This document shows positions 10,510 to 19,712 of a DNA stretch of 64,000 bases, piece after piece (the first letter of the stretch is position 1; each line of letters opens with the position of its first letter). The DNA comes from Candidatus Poribacteria bacterium. GTDB lineage: Bacteria; Poribacteria; WGA-4E; PCPOR2b. Where the stretch lies: assembly GCA_965116925.1 (NCBI GenBank), contig OZ220744.1, positions 2,752,001 to 2,816,000 of the forward strand, read 5' to 3'. The notes beneath the pieces are model-generated. The model worked only from the letters and a program-made list of their open reading frames with translations, ran no database searches and was not told the DNA's origin. Made by a program: the position numbers and the translations under genes.

Positions 10510-10527
10510 TGATTCTGTTTTCTCCTT

Positions 10528-13500
10528 TTAATCCGCTGGTGCGGGTTGAGCAGCCAGACCGCCAACGCCCGGAGCGTCTTCCGTCTCGCTCTCTTGCCGT
10601 CCACGCTCATGGAACTCACCGCGGATATCAGCACTGAACGTCCGCCAAATTAGTAGCTGTTTTCGGACAAGGTTCAAGAAACGACGGTTGACGCGCTTCC
10701 ATGAAGCAATCTCCCCGCTCTCACGGTGGACATCGAGGTGAATCTTATACAACTCTTCCTCTTCTCCGCCGACCGGTGAGGTGACAAGCCGAATGGATTG
10801 GCTGACTCCGAGATCGTAGGGGGCGAGCCACACCATCATGCTGATGTTGTAGGCTTCTTCCTCTTCCTCTTTCCCTTCCACTACCACAGGCGTTCGACCG
10901 AAGGCGACCTGATCCGTGTAGAAATCGCTTGCGGATTCGTCGGCGTGTGCTTCAAAGTAATCGCGCATAAAGATATTTAAGCCGAGCGATTCTTCTGCCA
11001 ACACGGTGAAGGGGAGATCGAAGTGCCACTCGTCGCCTTCAGGCTCCGGCAGCTGCCATTTCCGTTCGATGTCAGGCACCGCCATGCGACTGGCTTTAAT
11101 TGCAGGATACAGTGTACTTCCAATCACGACAATCATTACAATAATGGTTGCTACCACTGTTGACATTGACGAGTAGTTGAGGGTCAATCCAGCAAGCAAG
11201 CCAAAGTTGACAAGGACGGTTGCGACTGCCTGGCCGAGCAGGTAACCGAGCACAGCACCGACAATCGCATACACACACGCTTCCGCGAGGAACAGGAAGG
11301 CGATATGCACGGGAGCGAGTCCGACAGAACTGTAGATGCCGATTTCACGGACCCGTTCGTAGACCGCACCGAGCATCGTGTTCAGAACGATCAGCGACGC
11401 AATTAAAATTGGTATGAATAGGTTACCCATACCGGAGAAAGAGGTCATTCCGATGGAACTGTAGAGATAGGTGTCCCGATCTTTTCCAACAAAGAAGTCG
11501 AGTGCGATTCGGTTCATCAGCGGTGCCATGATCAGGTCCAGTTTATCTGCCGCACTGAAGATTGTTGGATCGCCGGGCTGTGCTTCCATGTTGACAGCGA
11601 CGGAGCGTAACGTCCCGCCCTGATTCATGACTACATCATACGGCAGGATAGCCACAGCATCGGGAGGTAGATGAATATATTTCTCCAACTCTCCTTCCAT
11701 GGCTTGGTTCTGTCCTTGGGCGCCACCGCCTCGCGCTTCCTGCTGCTGCATCAGTTGGTAGTCAACAGGTGTCAGTTCTTCGCCATCATTATCCTGTAAG
11801 TCTTTGAAGCCGATACCGAGAACACCCGTAACGGTGAAGTCTGCGCCGTATACGGATACAGTCGCTTTGCCCATATCGGCTTCGGTGATGCCGAGCAGAT
11901 CCGCCATACCTTTGGGGAGGACACAAGCATAGGGCCATTGTGTGGGCCACTCTGCTTCATCGTCGGGGTGATACCATCGACCATACTGGAGGTAACGGTC
12001 AATTCCTGTTACACCGGGTTCATCTTGACTCATCCCGACCAACATGGTAGCAGAGTAGGTCTTTGGCTGACCGGTGGTAGTATTGACAGGCGGTACAGGA
12101 TCTTGCAGGTTGGGGGTGCGCTCTAGCTGCACAAACGACTGATCGCCGGTGCCCGCGGACTGATACCATGCGCGTGGCGCGACGATGTTATGCACTCGGA
12201 GGACGGATTCTTCGCCCAGCTCAATCAACGATCCCTCCTGACGTAATTGGGCTATGATTGCTTCAACCTCTACGTCAGCCTGCTCTGCCGATTTACCTTG
12301 CTGCCCCAGTCGTTTCTTCAGCAGTAACCGTAGATCTTTTTCAGGGATTTGTGTTTTCCGCAGATCATTTGTGAGTGAGTTGACAACAGGTTCTTCGAGC
12401 GGATTCCAATACTGATCTCGGATAAGCATCCCGGTGTAGCGCGGCGTTACGGAAGGTAGGTTGGTGCTGTTGGGATGCATAAAGGTACGCACCGATGTAA
12501 AGGAGATGACCGTAAAGGTGAGAATAACCAGTGTGCTACAGGTGAGGATGGTGCGGCCCTTCCGCTTACGCATATTGGAAATACCTAGACTGAAAGCGGC
12601 AGCGGAGGCAGACAAGCGTCCCACGTCTGCCTTGTACACTTTTGATCCCTCCTGCTTAATTTTTTCCACCTGTTCTTCAAATTTCCGGACGATGATGCTG
12701 ATCACAATTGCCGTCAACGCAAGGACGACGAACGCAATCAGGATGATAACCGGCGTCGTGGTAATCTGGAATGCGGGGTGCACCTGCGCCAAGAAGAAAA
12801 AGACAACGAGGAAGATCGCAGCTGTCCCCATAATCTGTTTTTGGACGGTTGGGAAAGCGAATATCAACCGTTCCATGAAGTAGGCGAACGGGATCAGGAG
12901 GGCGAGATAGAACATCACACCATTGACTACGTCATTGCCGGTTTTCTTCACATCGGGGTAGGCGCGGGATTCGTATCCCCACGCGGCGCGGGCAAGTTTG
13001 AGTGCCTGCTGATAGTCTTTTTGGGTGAGGGCAGCCTCCGCCTGATTTAGATGTTCGTTGGCGAATTGGTGGAGCTGATCAAGCCGATCGCTGCTGATGC
13101 CGAACCGTTTATACAGACTCGCCCGGTTCTCATCGAGCCACCACATATCGCGGACGACAACGTATGGGGTTACGCGAATGCTACCGTTCTCGCGGACAAC
13201 AAACCCTTCTCCGGTATAGAGTGTCGGGTTCTTCGTTCCGCTTTTACTCGCCTTGATCAATAGTAACCGTTTGCCGATTTGTCCATACGCCATGCCGACC
13301 TTGATACGACTGTTAGGCTCCGAATAAACGAGCGCGATAGGCTCAGTTGCCGAGATACCTTCCTGCTGCCACGGCTTCGATACGCCATACTTTTCTGGTG
13401 GGCTATCGCTTGCGGCATCAAAAACTTCCAGTTCACGAAGCGTTCGTAGGTATCGCTGATCCACAAGATCGTAGATAGTGGTAGACACACAGGGGAAAAC

Positions 13501-16500
13501 CACGATACGGCATCCACGACGGTGGGTGTTAATCGGTATCAGGTTCGGCAAGAGTTTCGCGCCGAAGTTACCGAGATCCGGTGCGTAGACAATATCACCG
13601 GAATCCGGGTGGAGGATATAAGCTTCCACCTCTTGCGTTCCTTTGAGGCGGATGGTGGCACGCCCCTCCATCGCAAGTCCTGCAACCTCAAAGTTTCCTT
13701 TATTGTCGCCCATTGCAATGAGATCGCCTCGCACCCCCATCATGGTTTTGTGCTGATTCCGCAAAGCGAGAATAGGATACTCCACCGGTTTGTTTGGTAG
13801 CGCGCTCTCACGGGCATCATACTCGACGACATCACCAAACAGGTTGCAGTAGAAGTTCCCCACCCGTGCTGCGGTGGGCATCTTCGGATCGCGCATCGCT
13901 TGGATAAGAATAGCGGCAAGGGTTTTCGCCTGTTTATGCAAGGCACCATCGTGGCTCAAATCCATTCGGTCAATTGTGTCGAGCGGGGTATCGGTCAACA
14001 CGCGTGCATCGTCGATGGTGGCAAAAGCAATTCCGGTAAAGCCGGTCAGGGTTGCCACTTCGCTATCAAAGGCTATCTTACCAGGTATGTAGGTCTTCCA
14101 GATCTTACCGCCACTAGCAGAGATTGCGTTGACAAAGTTGGTCTCACCACCAAACCCGGCGATATCAATGAGTGCCTTAATATCATCGACTTCCTCTTGT
14201 GTAAATTCGGACGGGTCCTCGTGGCGCAGGGCAAGCATCGCATCCATTCGATTGAGCAGGCGCACCTTATTCTTCCGGTTCTTCCGCGCCTCCCGGATAT
14301 CGTTTCGGATGAATCGTTCGACTTCCTTACGGATATAGTCCATATCCTTGAGCATATCCTCGGAAGGTTCGCCCTGATTTTTCATCTGCTCAAACTGCAT
14401 CTTCATCAATCGAGACACTCCGGATAGCCCGACCAACGTTGCGTAATGCTCAGTAACTAAGCTTTCAAGGCTCTTGCCCTCGATGGCTTTTTTCGGATCG
14501 ATGCCAGCTGCAACTGTCCATTGAGTATTCATCACCGCTTGGCGGATCTGATCGTCGGTGAAGGTCCATAGTTTCTGGATACGTTCACCGAAATCGGCAC
14601 CCTCTGCGTATTCGGCAAGTTTATTTCCGATGGAAGCGAACTCGCGGCGGAGGACAAATTCGGGCTGCTGGTCATAGAACCACCCTTTGTTGAATACGCC
14701 AAACTGGTCGTTCTGGCTGGAGAGGTCAATGGCGATAAAGAGAGAGGTGTAGTAACGATTAAAGATGTCTTGCAGTGCAATCGCTTGTTCGATGGAACGT
14801 ATCTTCCGTGTGTATTCTGACTCGCTGATACGTGCAATTTTCTCGACCCGTTTTTGTAGATTGCGAAATCGAGCGTTCCGCATCGTGAGCAGGTTATCAC
14901 GGAGGAGAATCTTGGTCTCCTCGTCCGGATCGCGGTCAAGACGGTCAAGGATGTTCAGCAGGTTCTGGAGTTCGACAATATCGTTTTTGGCTCGCCGCTT
15001 CACCATCTCTAGTAGATGCTGTTCTTCAAGCTGACCGAAGATCTGCTCTCGGACAGCCATCGCTCGGTCTGCTGCATCTTCAGGGAGATAGTGGCGGAGG
15101 ACGAGTGCCTCTTCGGCGAGGTAGGGACGGTTCAGCGACGCATGGCGTTCAAGGAGGGATTCAATTCGATAGCGTTCAAGGCGAGCGTTCCGCATCGCGG
15201 TTTCGAGGATACTCTGTTTATCTCTGGTCAGGTCATCAACCAAAATTTGGTCTAATTCTCGTGAGGTTGCTGTTCCCGTTGTCGGGTCCATCATCTCCAA
15301 CTTCTGGTGGAGTTGAGTCTGAACAATCTCAAACTGCTTGAGGGTTGCCTCATTGAGGAAGAGTTCTAGCTCATCCGCAAAGCCTGCCGGGAGGTGATCC
15401 GGTTTAGAACTTAACTGGGTGATAGCGTTTTTGATACTATCCTCTGCATCGCTGCTTGCGGGAATATTGGCGAGCGTTCGTTCAAGGAGTTGCCGTTCTT
15501 CTTCGATGTAGGCTTCCAGAGATTTTTCAGCGCGGTTGACAACCCTACGAGCTGACTTGATTCGTTCCAAACCCTTAAAGTCAAGATGGCGGTCTAACAA
15601 CTTCTCTTGGGCATACTGGAGGGTGAATTTCCGTGGATCTTCAAATTCCCAGTCCTGCAAATTGTCCGAGAGTCGCTGAACATCTACCTCCAGATACGAC
15701 GGTAGGTCACTCGGTACTGGTAGATAATAACGTCCCCCCTCCCGTTCCTTCGGTACGAGATAGCTGCTGTCTGGCGTTTGTACATATTTCCCTTCAATCC
15801 GTTCTGCCCTTAAATCCGCTTCCAATTTATCTATTGCCCAAACGTCCAACCGAGCCATCGGTAGGGCAATCTGTTCAATCAATTCACGTTGGGTGTCACG
15901 GCATTCAGCTAATGCTTGTGTGCGCAGTTTTAGGGTACGGTTAAGCATTGAACGCAGGAATTGAGTGGTCTGCAGCGCGTCTTTCTTGAACTTCGCGAGG
16001 TTGACCTCTAGTCGTGATTTTTCCTCTTCGGTGAATCCTTGCTTCTCCCGTTTCTTGGTTGTTTCGAGTTTCTTCTTCTCTTTCTCTTTTGCGTCACGCT
16101 GGGCGTTACGCAACGAGTCAATGTTGCCTTTGGTTGTCTGTAGATCGGAGAGGGTTGTTGCTAGGGAGGCGACATCTGCTTTGAGTTCGTGGACATCGTG
16201 GAAGAAGTTAGGGGGTAAATCTACCAGCACATTTCGGTCGATCGATAGCAGTAGCTTACGTCCCAGTTCCTCAAACTCAAAGAGGTCGGTACTTAAACCG
16301 CGACGCAGCCCGCGCATTGTCGGTGTGCCGGGAGAATCCGCTTCTCGTCCGACGATATCTTGACCAATCCCCTCCATAAATGCGCGCATACCCCCCAGTC
16401 CTTGGAAGTGGGCATCTGTTGCGACAAACAGAAGGGAACGCCCCGGTCGAAATTCCTCTTGGCTGAAGATACGAGCAAGCTCCAACAGAGTGGCAATGCC

Positions 16501-17949
16501 GCCGGTGGGATCGGCACCGGGTGCCATTGCGGGAACGACAGACATTGAGTCGTAATAGCCGGTGATAACAACCAATTCGTCCTTTAGGGTTGGGTCGCCA
16601 CCTTCAAGGAAACCACGAATGTTCTGCCCAATACGCTGTTCCCAAGTAATGGTACTAGTGAGACGTGCGTAAATTTTCTGAGGAGACGATTCCGATTGTG
16701 CTTCCCCTTCGCCAAGCATAGCCAAGAGTTCGTCGGCGTCCTCTTTAGCAATCCAGAAGCGGGGGATGTTGGCAGGGACCGTCAGGAATTTGTTCTCAGC
16801 CTCACCGCGGATAGTTGTCTCCGGCTCGATGAAGAGGACAGCTTTCGCGCCAAGCATGGCGGCGTTAATCCATTTGGTACTAGAGTTGAAGTCAACCAGT
16901 ACAACGCTGCCTTGGGGGATAAAGATGCTGGATTCATAGGCGGCAACAAACTCGCCTTCTTCGTCAATTTGCCCATTGTTGTTGTTATCAATACCATCAG
17001 TTGCATCGCCGGGGATTTCGTCTACGAAGGCGTCACCATCGTTGTCGATGCCGTCGGTATCCCATTGCAAGATCTCAGTTAGTGGGGGAATCTCACCGTA
17101 TTCGTCGATCTGTCCGTCTTCATTGTTGTCAATACCATCTTGCGTCTTTTGGAGATGGCCGTTAAGCACATCGTCAGTGATGCTGCCGACACCGATACGG
17201 AAACGGTGGGCGAGGTCTTCCAAAGTATCGCCAGGTTCAACTTTGTGCCAGAAACCGCCGATATCTTTGCCGTTGAACGAGGAGAGTTCCCCACTTCCCC
17301 CATAAAAGAGGGGCGCGGTCAGTCCACCGGTGGGAATAAAGAGCGAGTTGCCTTCGACCAGCACTAACTCGCCCGGTTCGTCGATTTCACCATCATCATC
17401 GTTATCGCTGCCATCGGTTGCTTGGTCACGGAGGTATTGGTTATGCGGGTCAGCCAAGATAGCTTGTGGGTCAACTTGATAGGATTTAGCAATTCCGTCA
17501 AAGGTTTCGCCTTGAACGACTACATGCGAGACACCGTTGGGGAGGAAGGAGGTGCGAACAAGGTTGGGCCAGATTGACCAGATTCGGTAAGTCTTCAGAA
17601 GCGTTTGATCTTCGGAAAGAATTTCTACCTTTCCATCACCGTGATCTATTGGAACAGAAACGGGAAACTCACGGCTCTCAACGTTTTGTAAGCCGATCTC
17701 GACAAATTGGTCAAAGATGTACTTGCTGCCTGAAGCGGCTTCATCGTAACCGGTGACGCGGGTGGGCAGATTGGAGAGTCGAGCGATGTCTTTTCGCATT
17801 CGGCCGATATCGACTTTGTCACTGATTTTGACTGCAACCTCCGAAAGCCCGACAGACAGCTGTTCGTCAACAGCGAAACCGCCGTGTGGAGATAGTAGCG
17901 CGAGAATGCAGAGCCATAGACTGATGTAATAATATCTCTTGATGATCAT
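10528..17949 (-). CDS. Giant fusion: M28-like peptidase/PA domain, 2 LysM, acidic repeats, long helical insert and FtsX-type ABC permease (~2473 aa)
   Basis: Signal peptide; RVTG, ITGYYDS, PGAD and FVATDAHFQGL (M28-like); LysM-like HVVVQGETFDGIA and HKVEPGDTLEDLA; DGxDNxxDGxIDE repeats; FtsX motifs SNMRKRKGRT and VYERVREIGIYSSVG. ATG at 17949 has a GGAGG RBS. Confidence 0.85.
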   Translation of the reverse strand: MIIKRYYYISLWLCILALLSPHGGFAVDEQLSVGLSEVAVKISDKVDIGRMRKDIARLSNLPTRVTGYDEAASGSKYIFDQFVEIGLQNVESREFPVSVPIDHGDGKVEILSEDQTLLKTYRIWSIWPNLVRTSFLPNGVSHVVVQGETFDGIAKSYQVDPQAILADPHNQYLRDQATDGSDNDDDGEIDEPGELVLVEGNSLFIPTGGLTAPLFYGGSGELSSFNGKDIGGFWHKVEPGDTLEDLAHRFRIGVGSITDDVLNGHLQKTQDGIDNNEDGQIDEYGEIPPLTEILQWDTDGIDNDGDAFVDEIPGDATDGIDNNNNGQIDEEGEFVAAYESSIFIPQGSVVLVDFNSSTKWINAAMLGAKAVLFIEPETTIRGEAENKFLTVPANIPRFWIAKEDADELLAMLGEGEAQSESSPQKIYARLTSTITWEQRIGQNIRGFLEGGDPTLKDELVVITGYYDSMSVVPAMAPGADPTGGIATLLELARIFSQEEFRPGRSLLFVATDAHFQGLGGMRAFMEGIGQDIVGREADSPGTPTMRGLRRGLSTDLFEFEELGRKLLLSIDRNVLVDLPPNFFHDVHELKADVASLATTLSDLQTTKGNIDSLRNAQRDAKEKEKKKLETTKKREKQGFTEEEKSRLEVNLAKFKKDALQTTQFLRSMLNRTLKLRTQALAECRDTQRELIEQIALPMARLDVWAIDKLEADLRAERIEGKYVQTPDSSYLVPKEREGGRYYLPVPSDLPSYLEVDVQRLSDNLQDWEFEDPRKFTLQYAQEKLLDRHLDFKGLERIKSARRVVNRAEKSLEAYIEEERQLLERTLANIPASSDAEDSIKNAITQLSSKPDHLPAGFADELELFLNEATLKQFEIVQTQLHQKLEMMDPTTGTATSRELDQILVDDLTRDKQSILETAMRNARLERYRIESLLERHASLNRPYLAEEALVLRHYLPEDAADRAMAVREQIFGQLEEQHLLEMVKRRAKNDIVELQNLLNILDRLDRDPDEETKILLRDNLLTMRNARFRNLQKRVEKIARISESEYTRKIRSIEQAIALQDIFNRYYTSLFIAIDLSSQNDQFGVFNKGWFYDQQPEFVLRREFASIGNKLAEYAEGADFGERIQKLWTFTDDQIRQAVMNTQWTVAAGIDPKKAIEGKSLESLVTEHYATLVGLSGVSRLMKMQFEQMKNQGEPSEDMLKDMDYIRKEVERFIRNDIREARKNRKNKVRLLNRMDAMLALRHEDPSEFTQEEVDDIKALIDIAGFGGETNFVNAISASGGKIWKTYIPGKIAFDSEVATLTGFTGIAFATIDDARVLTDTPLDTIDRMDLSHDGALHKQAKTLAAILIQAMRDPKMPTAARVGNFYCNLFGDVVEYDARESALPNKPVEYPILALRNQHKTMMGVRGDLIAMGDNKGNFEVAGLAMEGRATIRLKGTQEVEAYILHPDSGDIVYAPDLGNFGAKLLPNLIPINTHRRGCRIVVFPCVSTTIYDLVDQRYLRTLRELEVFDAASDSPPEKYGVSKPWQQEGISATEPIALVYSEPNSRIKVGMAYGQIGKRLLLIKASKSGTKNPTLYTGEGFVVRENGSIRVTPYVVVRDMWWLDENRASLYKRFGISSDRLDQLHQFANEHLNQAEAALTQKDYQQALKLARAAWGYESRAYPDVKKTGNDVVNGVMFYLALLIPFAYFMERLIFAFPTVQKQIMGTAAIFLVVFFFLAQVHPAFQITTTPVIILIAFVVLALTAIVISIIVRKFEEQVEKIKQEGSKVYKADVGRLSASAAAFSLGISNMRKRKGRTILTCSTLVILTFTVISFTSVRTFMHPNSTNLPSVTPRYTGMLIRDQYWNPLEEPVVNSLTNDLRKTQIPEKDLRLLLKKRLGQQGKSAEQADVEVEAIIAQLRQEGSLIELGEESVLRVHNIVAPRAWYQSAGTGDQSFVQLERTPNLQDPVPPVNTTTGQPKTYSATMLVGMSQDEPGVTGIDRYLQYGRWYHPDDEAEWPTQWPYACVLPKGMADLLGITEADMGKATVSVYGADFTVTGVLGIGFKDLQDNDGEELTPVDYQLMQQQEARGGGAQGQNQAMEGELEKYIHLPPDAVAILPYDVVMNQGGTLRSVAVNMEAQPGDPTIFSAADKLDLIMAPLMNRIALDFFVGKDRDTYLYSSIGMTSFSGMGNLFIPILIASLIVLNTMLGAVYERVREIGIYSSVGLAPVHIAFLFLAEACVYAIVGAVLGYLLGQAVATVLVNFGLLAGLTLNYSSMSTVVATIIVMIVVIGSTLYPAIKASRMAVPDIERKWQLPEPEGDEWHFDLPFTVLAEESLGLNIFMRDYFEAHADESASDFYTDQVAFGRTPVVVEGKEEEEEAYNISMMVWLAPYDLGVSQSIRLVTSPVGGEEEELYKIHLDVHRESGEIASWKRVNRRFLNLVRKQLLIWRTFSADIRGEFHERGRQESETEDAPGVGGLAAQPAPAD

Positions 17950-18017
17950 GATAATTCCTCCGATTTTTTTAATAGGCTGACCGGCGCATAGTATGCTATT
18001 GTGTTTAGATCTGTCAG

Positions 18018-18046
18018 ATTCTATCATAGTCACAAAGTCTTGTCAA
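18018..18046 (-). promoter_or_regulatory. Sigma70 promoter of the transporter operon
   Basis: TTGACA-N17-TAGAAT on the minus strand; supports the 17949 start. Confidence 0.75.
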
Positions 18047-18298
18047 GATGCAAAACGGATCTAATTCACAAAAACATAAAACGTGATTGGTTCATTTATC
18101 ATGTTTTAGATTTCATTCATGGAATGCCGATAAAATCGGGGATGCAGGGCGTAACTTCTATCAATTTCGTTTTATACCTTGCATTGGGCGACGTAATATG
18201 TTAAAATGTGAATCACAATCGTTAGAAGGTGCAATAAACACGCTTTTCTGCGATCGTACACCGTTTTTTACCCTAACCCCATAAGGAGGTATGTGATT

Positions 18299-18637
18299 AT
18301 GTCTGTTTCAGTACGTATTAAGGAACGTCGTGATAAACTCGGAATGACACAAACACAACTCGCCAAATCGGCGAAGTTGACTCCCGCAGCGATTTCACAG
18401 TTTGAGTCCGGTGCCCGGAAACCGGCATTCGACACACTTTCGAGCCTTGCCGATGCGTTAAAAGTTACCACAGATTACCTGCTCGGCAAAAAGGCGCACG
18501 ACTACGACGACCTTCTGGCGGATCCGAAGGTTAGTGTTATGTTTAGAGGTATCATGGACCTTTCTGAGGAAGATAAGGAGACGCTGATCGAGTTCTACCA
18601 ATTTCTTAAAGATAAAAACGGCAAAAACACGCAGTAA
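18299..18637 (+). CDS. XRE-family HTH transcriptional regulator
   Basis: MTQTQLA...ISQFESGARKP...LADALKVTTDYLLG; AAGGAGG RBS. Confidence 0.92.
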   Translation: MSVSVRIKERRDKLGMTQTQLAKSAKLTPAAISQFESGARKPAFDTLSSLADALKVTTDYLLGKKAHDYDDLLADPKVSVMFRGIMDLSEEDKETLIEFYQFLKDKNGKNTQ

Positions 18638-18665
18638 CACAATTTGATGGATCTGCTGCTTTGAC

Positions 18666-19553
18666 ATGAACCAGAGATCGTCCCAAAAACATCAGATTGC
18701 AGAACAGGTGTCCTCCAAACCCGCTCTAGAACCTGCCGAGGGTGCGCGACAGTTGTTGCGTGAACTAAATGTTCAGGACATCCCGATTCAACCGCGAAAT
18801 ATTGCAGAACAGTTGCAAATCGTCGTCTGGGAACGGGAGATGGAAAGCCAGTACGATGGCTGCTTAATGCGGGTTGGCGATACGTGGGGCATTCTGCTCA
18901 ACAATCTGATTCAATCAGAGTCCCGAAAGAACTTTACAATCGCTCACGAACTGGGGCATTACTACTTGGATGGGGGACAAACTGAGAGGCAAAATTTCGC
19001 TACAGATGCAAAGAACAGAGCGGCGGAATTTGCCCCTCAGCACCGTTGTCAGCGCGAAGATTTGCGTGGATTTGATTCGCACCAATTGGAAGAGCAACGT
19101 GCCAATCAGTTCGCAGTTGAGCTGCTGATGCCCTCTCCCATTTTTCGAGCGGACGCTACCGATCTGCCTAAAATCGGGTTGACGGCGATTGATACCCTCA
19201 CTGCCAAATATTCTACCTCTTTGACCAGCACGGCTATTCGCTACACACGCTTGAGTCCGCATGTTTGTGCGATTGTGCTGTCTGAGCGGGGGCAGATTAA
19301 ATACTTTGCTTATTCAGATGGCTTTCGTCAGAATAGTGATTGCTATCTCGCGAAAAATAAGCCCCTCCATCCCGACTCGGTCGCAGCCCTGCTTGACAAA
19401 GGTAAATCGAAAGAGGTGAAAGAACACCAGCGGAAAGTTCCGTTGTCCCATTGGTGTTCGACGCAATCGGATCAACCCCTCGTCGAGCAATCCCGCCGAT
19501 TGCCCCGCATGAATCAGGTGCTCTCGTTTCTTTGGTTGCCGGACGGGGCGTGA
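18666..19553 (+). CDS. ImmA/IrrE-family metallo-endopeptidase
   Basis: RKNFTIAHELGH, E..ANQFAVELLMP, then an HTH-like segment and a C-terminal domain resembling a GAF fold. Confidence 0.9.
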   Translation: MNQRSSQKHQIAEQVSSKPALEPAEGARQLLRELNVQDIPIQPRNIAEQLQIVVWEREMESQYDGCLMRVGDTWGILLNNLIQSESRKNFTIAHELGHYYLDGGQTERQNFATDAKNRAAEFAPQHRCQREDLRGFDSHQLEEQRANQFAVELLMPSPIFRADATDLPKIGLTAIDTLTAKYSTSLTSTAIRYTRLSPHVCAIVLSERGQIKYFAYSDGFRQNSDCYLAKNKPLHPDSVAALLDKGKSKEVKEHQRKVPLSHWCSTQSDQPLVEQSRRLPRMNQVLSFLWLPDGA

Positions 19554-19660
19554 AACGTGAATAATCGCCTGCCTGTAGGTCGAGTTTCTGTACTCGACAT
19601 CGACTCAGTTAGTTCATTAGTTCATTGATGATAGAGCCCATCAGAAAACTTAACGGGGCA

Positions 19661-19691
19661 CAAAAAAGGGGTGCATCCGAAGATACACCCC
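19661..19691 (-). terminator. Intrinsic terminator after the 443-aa gene
   Basis: GGGGTGTATC-TTCG-GATGCACCCC-TTTTTT on the minus strand. Confidence 0.75.
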
Positions 19692-19712
19692 TAGTCTATG
19701 AAGCATTTGCTC

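Noticed and set aside
17950..18033. N-terminal extension of the giant ORF given in the track (2501 aa)
   Set aside because: It overlaps the predicted promoter; the ATG at 17949 has an RBS and begins a signal peptide.
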